A stretch of DNA of 64,000 nucleotides. It comes from Balanoglossus misakiensis. Its lineage: Eukaryota > Animalia > Hemichordata. Numbering within the stretch: position 1 is the first letter of the stretch; the number at the start of each line of letters is the position of its first letter. The translations under genes were made by a program, and so were the position numbers. Below are positions 1 to 12,731 of this stretch, piece by piece. Location of the stretch: assembly GCA_040954595.2 (NCBI GenBank), contig CM082596.2, positions 11,028,454 through 11,092,453 of the forward strand, given 5' to 3'. The notes under the pieces were generated by a model. That model worked only from the letters and a program-made list of their open reading frames with translations. It was not told the origin of the DNA and made no database searches.

Positions 1-3000
1 GCCGGAATGTTCTAAGGGATAGATTAATATTGCAAATAATTTAATTTCTTACATCATAAAATGAATTCAAAGAATGGTCACATAACGGGCCATGTTTTAC
101 AAAAAAAAGACTTATGTATAGTTTCAAGGCTTTGTTTTGGAATAACGAATTCTCTACAAGATTTAAGTGGAACAGTCACAGAATGAAAACAAATATGGAA
201 AGCATTATGCCGGAATGTTGTAAGGGATAGATTAATATTGCAAATAATTTAACTTCTTAAATCATAAATGGAATTCAAAGAATGGTCACATAACGGGCCA
301 TGTTTTACTAACAAAACATGTATAGTTTCAAGGGTTTGTTTTGGAATAACGAATTCTCTACAAGATTTAAGGTGAACAGTTACAGAATGAAAACAAATAT
401 TCAAATAGTTATGCTGGAATGTTGTAAGGGATAGTTTAATATTGCATAAAATTTAATTTCTTACATCATAAATGGAATTCAAAGAATGGTCACATAACTG
501 GATATGTTTTACTAAAAAGACTTATGTATAGGTTCAAGAATTTGTGTTGAAATACCAAATTCTCTACAAGATTTAAGTGGAACAGTCACAGAATGAAAAC
601 AAATATACAAAGAATCATGCCGGAATGTTGTAAGGGATAGATTAATATTGCAAATAATTTAATTTCTTACATCATAAATGAAATTCAAAGAATGGTCAAA
701 TCACGGGCCATGTTTTACTAAAAATACTTATATATAGTTTCAAGGCTTTGTTTTGGAATAACGAATTCTCTCCAAGATTTAAGTGGAACAGTTATAGAAT
801 GAAAACAAATATTCAAATACTTATGCTGGAATGTTGTAAGGGATAGTTTAATATTGCAAATAATTTAATTTCTTACATCATAAATGAAATTCAAAGAATG
901 GTCAAATAACGGGCCATGTTTTACTAAAAAGACTTAATATGTATAGTTTGAAGGCTTTGTTTTGGAATAACGAATTCTCTACAAGATTTAAGTGTAACAG
1001 TCACAGAATGAAAACAAATATGGAAAGAGTTATGCTGGAATGTTGTAAGGGATAGATTAATATTGCAAATAATTTAATTTCTTACATCATAAAATTAATT
1101 CAAAGAATGGTCACATAACGGGATAGGTTTTACTAAAAAGACTTATGTTATAGTTTCATGGCTTTGTTTGGAATAACGAATTCTCTACAAGATTTAAGTT
1201 AAACAGTTACAGAATGAAAACAAATATTCAAATAGTTATGTTGGAATGTTGTAAGGGATAGTTTAATATTGCAAATAATTTAATTTCTTACATCATAAAT
1301 GAAATTCAAAGAATGGTCAAATAACGGGCAGTGTTTTACTAAAAAGACTTATGTATAGTTTCACGGCTTTGTTTTGGAATAAGAATTCTCTCCGAGATTT
1401 AAGTGGAACAGTTACAGAATGAAAACAAATATAGAAAGAGTTATGCCGGAATGTTCTAAGGGATAGATTAATATTGCAAATAATTTAATTTCTTACATCA
1501 TAAAATGAATTCAAAGAATGGTCACATAACGGGCCATGTTTTACAAAAAAGACATATGTATAGTTTCAAGGCTTTGTTTTGGAATAACGAATTCTCTACA
1601 AGATTTAAGTGGAACAGTTACAGAATGAAAACAAATATTGAAATAGTTATGCTGGAATGTTGTAAGGGATAGATTAATATTGCAAATAATTTAATTTCTT
1701 ACATCATAAATGGAATTCAAAGAAACGTCACGTAACAGGATATGTATAGTTTCAAGGCTTTGTTTTGGTATAACGAATTCTCTCCAAGAGTTAAGTGGAA
1801 CAGTCACAGAATGAAAACAAATATAGAAAGAGTTATGCTGGAATGTTGTAAGGGATAGATTAATATTGCAAATAATTTAATTTCTTACATCATAAATGGA
1901 ATTCAAAGAATGGTCACATAAATGGATATGTTTTACTAAAAAGACTTATGGATAGTTTGAAGGCTTTGTTTTGGAATAACGAATTCTCTACAAGATTTAA
2001 GTGGAACAGTCACAGAATGAAAACACATTTGGAAAGCGTTATGCCGGAATGTTGTAAGGGATAGATTAATATTGCAAATAATTTAATTTCTTACATCATC
2101 AATGGAATTCAAAGAATGGTCACATAACGGGCCATGTTTTACTAAAAAGACTTATGTATAGTTTCAAGGCTTTGTTTTGGAATAACGAATTCTCTACAAG
2201 ATTTAAGTGGAACAGTCACTCACATAACAGGCCATGTTTTAGTAAAAAGACTTATGTATAGTTTCAAGGCTTTGTTTTGGAATAACGAATTCTCTACAAG
2301 ATTTAAGTGGAACAGTCACATAATGAAAAGAAATATGGAAAGCGTTATGCCGGAATGTTCTAAGGGATAGATTAATATTGCAAATAATTTAATTTCTTAC
2401 ATCATAAATGTAATTCAAAGAATGGTCACATAACGGGCCATGTTTTACTAAAAAGACTTATGTATAGTTTGAAGGCTTTGTTTTGGAATAACGAATTCTC
2501 TACAAGATTTAAGTGGAACAGTAACAGAATGAAAACACATTTGGAAAGCGTTATGCCGGAATGTTGTAAGGGATAGATTAATATTGCAAATAATTTAATT
2601 TCTTACATCATAAATGGAATTAAAAGAATGGTCACATAACGGGCCATGTTTTACTAAAAAGACTTATGTATAGTTTCAAGGCTTTGTTTTGGAATAACGA
2701 ATTCTCTACAAGATTTAAGTGGAACAGTCACTCACATAACAGGCCATGTTTTAGTAAAAAGACTTATGTATAGTTTCAAGGGTTTGTTTTGGAATAACGA
2801 ATTCTCTACAAGATTTAAGGTGAACAGTTACAGAATGAAAACAAATATTCAAATAGTTATGCTGGAATGTTGTAAGGGATAGTTTAATATTGCATAAAAT
2901 TTAATTTCTTACATCATAAATGGAATTCAAAGAATGGTCACATAACTGGATATGTTTTACTAAAAAGACTTATGTATAGGTTCAAGAATTTGTGTTGAAA

Positions 3001-6000
3001 TACCAAATTCTCTACAAGATTTAAGTGGAACAGTCACAGAATGAAAACAAATATACAAAGAATTATGCCGGAATGTTGTAAGGGATAGATTAATATTGCA
3101 AATAATTTAATTTCTTACATCATAAATGAAATTCAAAGAATGGTCAAATCACGGGCCATGTTTTACTAAAAATACTTATATATAGTTTCAAGGCTTTGTT
3201 TTGGAATAACGAATTCTCTCCAAGATTTAAGTGGAACAGTTATAGAATGAAAACAAATATTCAAATAGTTATGCTGGAATGTTGTAAGGGATAGTTTAAT
3301 ATTGCAAATAATTTAATTTCTTACATCATAAATGGAATTCAAAGAATGGTCACATAAATGGATATGTTTTACTAAAAAGACTTATGTATAGTTTGAAGGC
3401 TTTGTTTTGGAATAACGAATTCTCTACAAGATTTAAGTGGAACAGTCACAGAATGAAAACACATTTGGAAAGCGTTATGCCGGAATGTTGTAAGGGATAG
3501 ATTAATATTGCAAATAATTTAATTTCTTACATCATAAATGGAATTCAAAGAATGGTCACATAACGGGCCATGTTTTACTAAAAAGACTTATGTATAGTTT
3601 CAAGGCTTTGTTTTGGAATAACGAATTCTCTACAAGATTTAAGTGGAACAGTCACTCACATAACAGGCCATGTTTTAGTAAAAAGACTTATGTATAGTTT
3701 CAAGGCTTTGTTTTGGAATAACGAATTCTCTACAAGATTTAAGTGGAACAGTCACATAATGAAAAGAAATATGGAAAGCGTTATGCCGGAATGTTGTAAG
3801 GGATAGATTAATATTGCAAATAATTTAATTTCTTACATCATAAATGTAATTCAAAGAATGGTCACATAACGGGCCATGTTTTACTAAAAAGACTTATGTA
3901 TAGTTTGAAGGCTTTGTTTTGGAATAACGAATTCTCTACAAGATTTAAGTGGAACAGTCACAGAATGAAAACACATTTGGAAAGCGTTATGCCGGAATGT
4001 TGTAAGGGATAGATTAATATTGCAAATAATTTAATTTCTTACATCATAAATGGAATTCAAAGAATGGTCACATAACGGGCCATGTTTTACTAAAAAGACT
4101 TATGTATAGTTTCAAGGCTTTGTTTTGGAATAACGAATTCTCTACAAGATTTAAGTGGAACAGTCACTCACATAACAGGCCATGTTTTAGTAAAAAGACT
4201 TATGTATAGTTTCAAGGCTTTGTTTTGGAATAACGAATTCTCTACAAGATTTAAGTGGAACAGTCACATAATGAAAAGAAATATGGAAAGCGTTATGCCG
4301 GAATGTTGTAAGGGATAGATTAATATTGCAAATAATTTAATTTCTTACATCATAAATGTAATTCAAAGAATGGTCACATAACGGGCCATGTTTTACTAAA
4401 AAGACTTATGTATAGTTTGAAGGCTTTGTTTTGGAATAACGAATTCTCTACAAGATTTAAGTGGAACAGTCACAGAATGAAAACACATTTGGAAAGCGTT
4501 ATGCCGGAATGTTGTAAGGGATAGATTAATATTGCAAATAATTTAATTTCTTACATCATAAATGGAATTCAAAGAATGGTCACATAACGGGCCATGTTTT
4601 ACTAAAAAGACTTATGTATAGTTTCAAGGCTTTGTTTTGGAATAACGAATTCTCTACAAGATTTAAGTGGAACAGTCACAGAATGAAAACAAATATAGAA
4701 AGAGTTATGCCGGAATGTTGTAAGGGATAGATTAATATTGCAAATAATTTAATTTCTTATATCATAAATGGAATTCAAAGAATGGTCACATAACGGGCCA
4801 TGTTTTAGTAAAAATACTTATGTATAGTTTGAAGGCTTTGTTTTGGAATAACGAATTCTCTACAAGATTTAAGTGGAACAGTCACAGAATAAAAACAAAT
4901 ATGGAAAGCGTTATGCCGGAATGTTGTAAGGGATAGATTAATATTGCAAATAATTTAATTTCTTACATCATAAATGGAATTCAAAGAATGGTCACATAAC
5001 GGGCCATGTTTTACTAAAAAGACTTATGTATAGTTTCAAGGCTTTGTTTTGGAATAACGAATTCTCTACAAGATTTAAGTGGAACAGTCACAGAATGAAA
5101 ACAAATATAGAAAGAGTTATGCCGGAATGTTGTAAGGGATAGATTAATATTGCAAATAATTTAATTTCTTATATCATAAATGGAATTCAAAGAATGGTCA
5201 CATAACGGGCCATGTTTTAGTAAAAAGACTTGTGTATAGTTTCAAGGCTTTGTTTTGGAATAACGAATTCTCTACAAGATTTAAGTGGAACAGTCACAGA
5301 ATAAAAACAAATATGGAAAGCGTTATGCCGGAATGTTGTAAGGGATAGATTAATATTGCAAATAATTTAATTTCTTACATCATAAATGGAATTCAAAGAA
5401 ACGTCACGTAACAGGATATGTATAGTTTGAAGGCTTTGTTTTGGAATAACGAATTCTCTACAAGATTTAAGTGGAACAGTCACAGAATGAAAACAAATAT
5501 GGAAAAAGTTATGCCGGAATGTTGTAAGGGATAGATTAATATTGCAAAAAATTTAATTTCTTACATCATAAATGGAATTCAAAGAAAGGTCATGTAACAG
5601 GATATGTATAGTTTCAAGGCTTTGTTTTGGAATAACGAATTCTCTCCAAGATTTAAGTGGAACAGTCACAGAATGAAAACAAATATGGAAAGAGTTATGC
5701 TGGAATGTTGTAAGGGATAGATTAATATTGCAAATAATTTAATTTCTTACATCATAAATGGAATTCAAAGAAAGGTCATGTAACAGGATATGTATAGTTT
5801 CAAGGCTTTGTTTTGGAATAACGAATTCTCTCCAAGATTTAAGTGGAACAGTCACAGAATGAAAACAAATATGGAAAGAGTTATGCTGGAATGTTGTAAG
5901 GGATAGATTAATATTGCAAATAATTTAATTTCTTACATCATAAATGGAATTCAAAGAATGGTCACATAAATGGATATGTTTTACTAAAAAGACTTATGTA

Positions 6001-6024
6001 TAGTTTCAAGGCTTTGTTTTGGAA
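1..6024. repeat. AT-rich tandem satellite, ~206-bp monomer, about 30 units, running off the left edge
   Basis: GCCGGAATGTTGTAAGGGATAG recurs at 4915, 5121 and 5327 (206-bp period). Truncated ~100-bp units and ~188-bp deletion variants are interspersed. The array stops abruptly at ...GTTTTGGAA (6024). Confidence 0.98.
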
Positions 6025-6760
6025 CGAGAGCAGCGTGTATTACAGACCCGCTCCCGCATCTCAGAACTAGAACACGAACTTGCCGCCCTCCGAGTGCAGG
6101 ATGCCACCACAAGTCCCATGCAACCGCCTCCATCGATCCGTTTATCGTCGGGCAACGGCTGTCCACCAACACTGGAAATCCTTCGTCAAAACCCAGCAGC
6201 TAATCAAGGTAAGCTAGGAAAGTCCCTTCGTGACACTCAAGCCCCCAGCTCCGCAGATGAATCCAAAGTGAAATGGCCACATTTGCGCCTACCTCGCGAA
6301 AAAGGAGGAAAAGTCCCCAAATTCGACAACTTAACCATCGCACAACTATTCAGAGGCGAATTAGAAATAATCAACTCCGTCTACCTGCCCATCTCGTCTG
6401 AGGAACGCGCTCCCAGATTACTGCATCTCCAGAAATTAATGAGACTCGCTCATAAGTACGATTGGTTAGTCGTACTGAATTTCCAAGGTACCATCTTAGA
6501 AAAGATACAAAGCGCAGAACTACGTTGGCAAGACTGCTTCGACCGTTATGAAAAAGAACTTCTCTCACCCGACACCCTGAAATCTGTCAAACAAGGCACT
6601 GATAGCGGCAAGAAACAGGCCGACAAGAAGAGCGACATTTGTTACAAGTACAACTTCCAGACATGCGAATGGGGCGACAAGTGTTTTAGACGTCACATCT
6701 GATATCGCTGTTTCAAAATTAACAACACAGCCACATCTCACAGCGGCAAAGATTGCCACC
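6025..6760 (+). pseudogene. gag-like ORF with C-terminal zinc finger (5'-truncated, premature stop)
   Basis: ORF 6019-6702 ends CYKYNFQTCEWGDKCFRRHI*. Reading through the TGA gives YRC...H...C, so the stop sits where a finger Cys is expected. Confidence 0.75.
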
Positions 6761-6831
6761 TCGCCACCAGCAAGAAGAATGACAGCCCCAATAGCAATAG
6801 ATCTAATTCGGACTTAACTTCAGTTGTTGGG

Positions 6832-8830
6832 TTGAATCCCATGTTCACAGAGACTACATTGTGTTCCGTCTCTTCCTCACAGAACATTCCGTACACTTCT
6901 GCATCAGAAGAATTTTCTAGCGCTCGGTTACCGTCCAACGCTAACATTCGGGCTCCCTGGTCCCATACACCACGCCCTTTATGTATCTCAGGCCATACAG
7001 CCGCATCCTCCGACATTGTGTCTCACACAGCGAACGATGACCCACCGTCCTCGTCCACTTCAAACATTGTAACAATTCCTCCGATTTCAGCTTCGCCTCT
7101 GACATCGCGGTATTTAAACATTCAGTCGAGCACGTCTCCCTCATCGGAATTTTCTTTAGCCAATATTTGTGTGTTGCATGCACAAGTCTCTACATCCGGG
7201 TTACCAAACTACCAAGGACTCAAATATCCCGTTCCGACTAAATTAGTGTTGCCTTTATGGAGATCACTGCTGGCACATTATGCTGACAATATCATTTGTG
7301 ACTATCACCCTTTTCGCTGGCCTATCGGTTATACCCGTGACACGTTACCGGTCGTCGACATTCGTAATCACCCTTCGGCCTTGATGTTTCCCAACGATGT
7401 GGACCACTTCATCAGCACTGAAGTCGCCGCTGGGGCCACAGCCGGACCTTTCACAACCAGCCCATTTCCTCACGGGTTCGTGGTGTCTCCACTTCAAACT
7501 GTGCCCAAAAAGGAGTCTCCACGCCGTCGCGTAGTCGTGGACCTCAGCTTTCCGGAACACCAACGAAACACCGTCAATGACGGAATCTCTTCAGACTTTT
7601 ATGATGGTTATCACATAAAACTGTCGTACCCATCTTTAGATAATTTCAAACAAATTATTCAGGACAAAGGACCCGGTTGCCTGTTATACAAGAGAGACTT
7701 ACGCCGAGCATATCGGCAAATTTTCATTGACCCACGAGATTATAATCTCCTTGGTTTTTCATGGCATCATTTATTCTTCTTTGATCTTGATTTTCCCTTC
7801 GGGCTTCGCTCTGCTGCATTAGCCTGCCAACGTACCACAAGTGCAGTTATGTATTTATTTAGACAGAATGGTTACGCTGGCATCAATTATTTAGATGATT
7901 TTGGGGGTGCAGAGGCGCCAGACAAAGCCATGGCAGCCTTTGAATCCCTTGGTAGACTTTTATCACAGCTTGGTCTAGGAGGCGCAGGATAAAGCAGTAG
8001 CGCCGTCCACTTGCATGGTTTTTCTCGGTATTGAATTCGACACTGTGTCTATGACCATGCGCATTCCTGCACACAAGTTATTCATCCTGCTCACAGAGCT
8101 TGATGAGTGGGACACAAAAGCCTCTGTTCCCAAGCGTCAATTTCAGTCTTTGTTAGGCAAGCTTAACTCAGTTGCCACATGTGTCCGCTCAGGACGAGTG
8201 TTTTTCTCCCGTATGTTACAGTTACTTAGACAGCAGTTTAAATCACCTCGCATTTTTTTAGATTCGCAATTCTTCGCTGACTTAGTTTGGTGGCGTACCT
8301 TTTTACCATTATACAACGGAGTATCTGTTATCCCAGCTTCTAGATGGAGTACACCAGATGCCGTTTTTTTCTACTGACGCCTGCCTCTCAGGCTGCGGGG
8401 CTTTTCTCAAGGACTGCATTTTCACACAGAATTTCCTTTACCTGTTATTAGTCAGGGTTTACATATTAATGCGTTAGAACTTTTAACAGTGCTTGTTGCG
8501 TGTCATCTGTGGAGCCATCTGTGGAAAGGCCAGCGCATTCAGGTGTTTTGCGATAATATGGCAACAGTCACTGTCATTAATTCCGGTCGCTCACGAGACC
8601 TCCATATGCTTCAATATTTACGAGAGTTATGGCTAGTGTCCGCACTCAATAGTTTTGAACTCAAAGCAGTGCATATTCAGGGTCAGGATAATTGCTTAGA
8701 TGACCATTTAAGCAGATGGCACATTTCTCAGCATCACAGTTTTGAATTTCATGAGTTAACCAATAGTCTGCATGTGATAGAGGTGGCAGTGCCAGTCACA
8801 TACTTCACCAATTTTCACTATGACCTGTAA
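6832..8830 (+). pseudogene. Reverse transcriptase-RNase H of DIRS/Ngaro element (frameshifted)
   Basis: RT motifs: VSPLQTVPKK, RRVVVDLSFP, KRDLRRAYRQI, PFGLRSA, YLDDF, FLGIEFD. RNase H motifs: TDA, INALEL, FCDNMATV. Frameshifts near 7980 and in the T-run at ~8365. Confidence 0.93.
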
Positions 8831-8896
8831 GCTTTCACTGTACATCTTCCCAGCGTCGAGATGTATTCTCAGTTAGGTTTCATTTTCTTATTTCAG

Positions 8897-9888
8897 GGTC
8901 GTCATGGCTTGCCCTTCACCAGCAAACAACAGCCTTACAAGCTTCTGCATTTGCTACAGGGACAGTCCAAAATTTGAAAAGCCAGTGGAAGGCTTTCTTA
9001 TTGTTTTGCCACTTCTTCGGCCTCAAGCCAACACCGGCATCACCGCATGTTCTTTCCATGTTTCTTACCTTTTTATCTCGTTCAGTCAGTTCAGTGCAGT
9101 CACTAAAAACTACCTGCATGGTGTTTCTAAGTTGCATTCGTATTTACGCATTGAATGTTCGGCCTTAGAGAGTTTTCAAGGCAAACTGACTTTGAGAGGT
9201 CTTCAGCGAGTTCATCCCCAGTCATGTACTCAGAAGCTGCCCATCAATCCGCATATCCTGTTAGCTTTTCATAGTTTGTTAGATTTTTTCCAACCCTTTT
9301 CATCAAGTTTTTTGGACCTCTTGCTTATTGGTTTTTTTCACATTTCTCAGGAAGTCCAACCTTACTGTTCCTTCTCGCACGACCTTTGACCCCCAGAAGC
9401 ACCTGTGTCGGGGGGATATGCAGTTTAGTGCTTTTGGGCTACACGTTCTCATTCGTTGGTCAAAAACCAATCAGTCCCATGATCGGGTGTGCTCCATCCC
9501 AGTTGCGCGGTTGCCGGGCTCAGTGTTATGCCCAGTCACGTCTTTCGAACGCATGCGCGACTTGATCCCAGCTCCAGCCGGAGCACCAGCATTTGTCTAT
9601 CCTTCCCAGGGTACCCTAGTCCCCCTCACCCACAGCGCATTTGTGTCTTTTCTGCGTTCCGTCTTAGCGCAAGCCGGGTTCAACCCCTCTATCTACCCAG
9701 GCCATAGTTTCCGCAGGGGCGGCGCTTCTTTCCCTCTCGAAGCAGGGGTTCCTGGAGAACTTATCAAATTGCACGGGGACTGGACATCTTCCGCTTACTT
9801 GCGCTACTTACATGTCAGCCCACAAAAGTGCTGCTCTGTCACCACCCCTATGCAAGAGCATTTGCGTTCCCACTACAATCAGTCTTGA
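8897..9888 (+). pseudogene. Tyrosine recombinase of DIRS/Ngaro element (frameshifted)
   Basis: Motifs FLRKSN, SKTNQ, LCPV, HSFRRGGA and HGDWTSSAYLRY supply the R-K-HxxR-W-Y catalytic set. The N-terminal part is split over ORFs 8974-9168 and 8904-9389. Confidence 0.93.
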
Positions 9889-12731
9889 AGTTTTCACATC
9901 TTTTCTCCAACGTGTTAGGAATCTTTCTCGCAAGTTACTGGGCAGTTTTGTATTTTACTGGCTAATGGGAACTCCCTGAATGCTTCCCCTCCCCTGGTTT
10001 GGCGGCTTGGAGCTGGTTTTGTCAAACTCTTTTTCATCTGCATATTAAAGATTTGCCAAGTTTCCGCCAACCCTTGAGTGTGTCGTATTCTGTTCCTTCC
10101 CATTAGCCCACTAGTTTTCAAATATTTATACTGTTCGAGTGTTTCAGGTGTATTTGTATGCACCAGCCATAACCGCTACAGACGTATTTTCTTGTACAAT
10201 TCTTATATAAGTAATGATTGTAAATTGCAAGAGATATATATTGAAATTAGGAACGTCATTTGTATCAACCCTGGTTTTTCATTCCATTTGGCTCTCAAGG
10301 GGAAAAAATGTCTAGTGTTATATTCTGAACATTCAATATTATTGCTGTAGCTTGAAAATTAATGTGTGAGATTTTGTGAGACCTCAGAGGTCATTGGAAT
10401 GCTCTTTTTTCATAACCTCATTTTCACATAAAGGATTTGATCTTTGAAAATCAGAACGGGATGTACTTGGTATTTTATTGCCAAGTAGTACAGTACCCTG
10501 GTCACATGACAGAAAAGATTTGGAATAGGAGAGCACCCTCTACAATGTGATTGGTCTTTGATGTAAAAAATCCTGATACAAAAAAAAATCATTTTGAATG
10601 TGTCTAGGCGTGGCAGAAAGAGCAGTTAGTGAATACTGGTTTTGTGTTCCTCTTGCCGCAGTTTTGAAGTTTGAACAATTTTATGGGATTCATTGGAAAG
10701 GGGAATCTTTAACCCTTTCACCCCCAGTTTCCTCTTTAGAGGTCCAACTTTATCATAAAAACAATTGGGTTTGGATTGAACTATGCTGGTGAAGTGTTCA
10801 GGCATAGACCCTAGAGAAAAAAGGGACAGGAAAGGGCGGCAAACATCAAAGGAAAAGGGGATTAGCCGGTTTTGAACCTAAATGGAATAATTACAAAAGG
10901 TGTCAATCGGTCGTGGATGGGCGATCGTCAGTGTCCAACACCCCTGACTGCTTTGCAGACGACAAGTAATCTTAGTGATCTTCGGAATACAATTGTTGTT
11001 TGATGCCGGTCGAATCCCGCCGATTTTTGCTGCAATTTTAAACATTATATAACTTAATTTCTTCCAATAATGGTCTCGAATAAACTTTTCATGTCTTCAT
11101 TTGAAGACAGACAATTATTGAAAACACTCATGGCCAAGAGATTATTTTTTGGTCGTGATATCTGACTGTGAATTTTAACCCGAATCGCATATCGTCGAGC
11201 GTCATATCCAGTATGCTACAGTTCGCGAGCACCGCACTGCTGCTTCCTCGTCGTCGGTCCACTTAAAGTTTGCGTCCAAACGACTCCACAGAAGTAGAAG
11301 CTTTTTTACGCTGCGTCCGTACCATGTTGATCATCTAAGGTTTTCATTACTCCATAAAAAGGTAGGTATTCTATTTTTTTTCACAATTTTACAACTATTT
11401 GTGAAGAGCAAGTAATTGTTTGTGTATGATGACGCGACGCCGAATGTCGTGTTGTAGTAGTCATCGCGGAGATTGTGACCGTTTTTCTGTAAGAAGACAA
11501 TCCGTCGATCGGAAATTCTTTAAAATATGAAATCTTCAGCATACAAGAAGTGCTACGATGTGTTTCATTGTTAAACTGTTAGTGTTAATTTTACGTTTGC
11601 CGTCAAAAAGAACATTGCGTAGTTCCGAACCTGTCTCGATTGTTTTGTTTCCAGAACTTCACTTGTTTTGGATTTTTGTCTCCCAGTTTTTCCAAGATTT
11701 GGCATTTCTTACGTTCCTTCGTCGCACAGGAAGTCGTAACAAACCGACCGTGCATAGTACTAATCTCTGATTGTCGATGGCTGGCAAATTTCTGTGATAA
11801 ATGACGATTTTGCCCATGCTTTTTGTGCATCGTGCTTGCAGACAAATACTTCCGGTTGCATGTAGCGTAAAATTTCATGCTGCCGATTGTGTCCTTTTTT
11901 TACGGAAGATATTCCTTGAATGTCTTAACCTCTTATTTAATTGTTGTTACCATGTAATTGTGGGTGTATTGGTGGGGTTTTACGCAGATATTTCACATTC
12001 AGTTGAAAGAAAAAAAGAAGTCAACTTGTTGTTATGCGATCATGCGACCAGCGACACTCCGGCTTTCCGGAAGTTATGTTTTCTTTTTTTTTCTCGTGGG
12101 TCTATTTTTGATCATCCACCCTTGAGGACATTTTTTTGGAAAGCCGCAAATGCGGATATTTTTTTAATAACACTTGATGTGTCCAGTTAGGTATTGTCAA
12201 GCCTTTTTTTGAGTAAATCCTCCGTTTACACGCAGCACAAAATGCCATTATATCAGGAACAATAAGGGTGTGATGTTGGCGTGTGCCCATATTGTATCGT
12301 ACACAAAGTAAACCTTTGTTGTTACAGTGAAGCTATTTATCTGCGATGCTTCTGATTCTCCCAGGATGTGTTTTGTGAAAGATACATTCATTTGTGAAGC
12401 AATTGACCAGGTAATTAGTAGCTAGTTATTAATAGGAGTGATAGAGATTGTAAAATTCCAAATCAGAAACAACACACAATTCTCTTTCAGGACGCTGTCA
12501 GCTTCTGAACCACCTTGAAAACAATTATCCAAAGCAGAAAGTATGTTGTCAAAACTTAATTAATACTATACCAGTGTACTTGGTTTGAACAACATGTCAT
12601 TTGGTAAAGATGGTCTCTTCCCATTGTTTTGAATGGTAGACCCAAAACAGTCTCTAGCATTTCTGTAGCTGTTAGTTACTATTTGAAACTTAAAAAGTAA
12701 TGCTGTTATGCATTTGTATCTTCAGATCACC

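Larger units (their letters stand above)
6025..10150 (+). mobile_element. DIRS-order (Ngaro/DIRS-like) tyrosine-recombinase retrotransposon, 5'-truncated and decayed
   Basis: Gene order is gag-like, RT, RNase H, tyrosine recombinase, with diagnostic motifs. The 3' end has short inverted segments (GGCTAATGGGAA ~9960 / TTCCCATTAGCC ~10097). The right boundary is approximate. Confidence 0.92.

Noticed and set aside
1-6024. CRISPR-like array
   Set aside because: The units are fully repeated with no unique spacers, the context is eukaryotic, and there are no cas genes.
6019-7992. Programmed stop-codon readthrough between gag and pol (same frame, single TGA at 6700)
   Set aside because: The TGA falls at an expected zinc-finger Cys in an element with many other lesions, so simple mutation is more likely.
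11558-12290. THAP exon or third gene in the left arm of the P element
   Set aside because: The short Cys-containing ORFs (e.g. MAFCAACKRR) do not fit the C2CH THAP pattern and do not join into a coherent frame. A decayed gene cannot be excluded.
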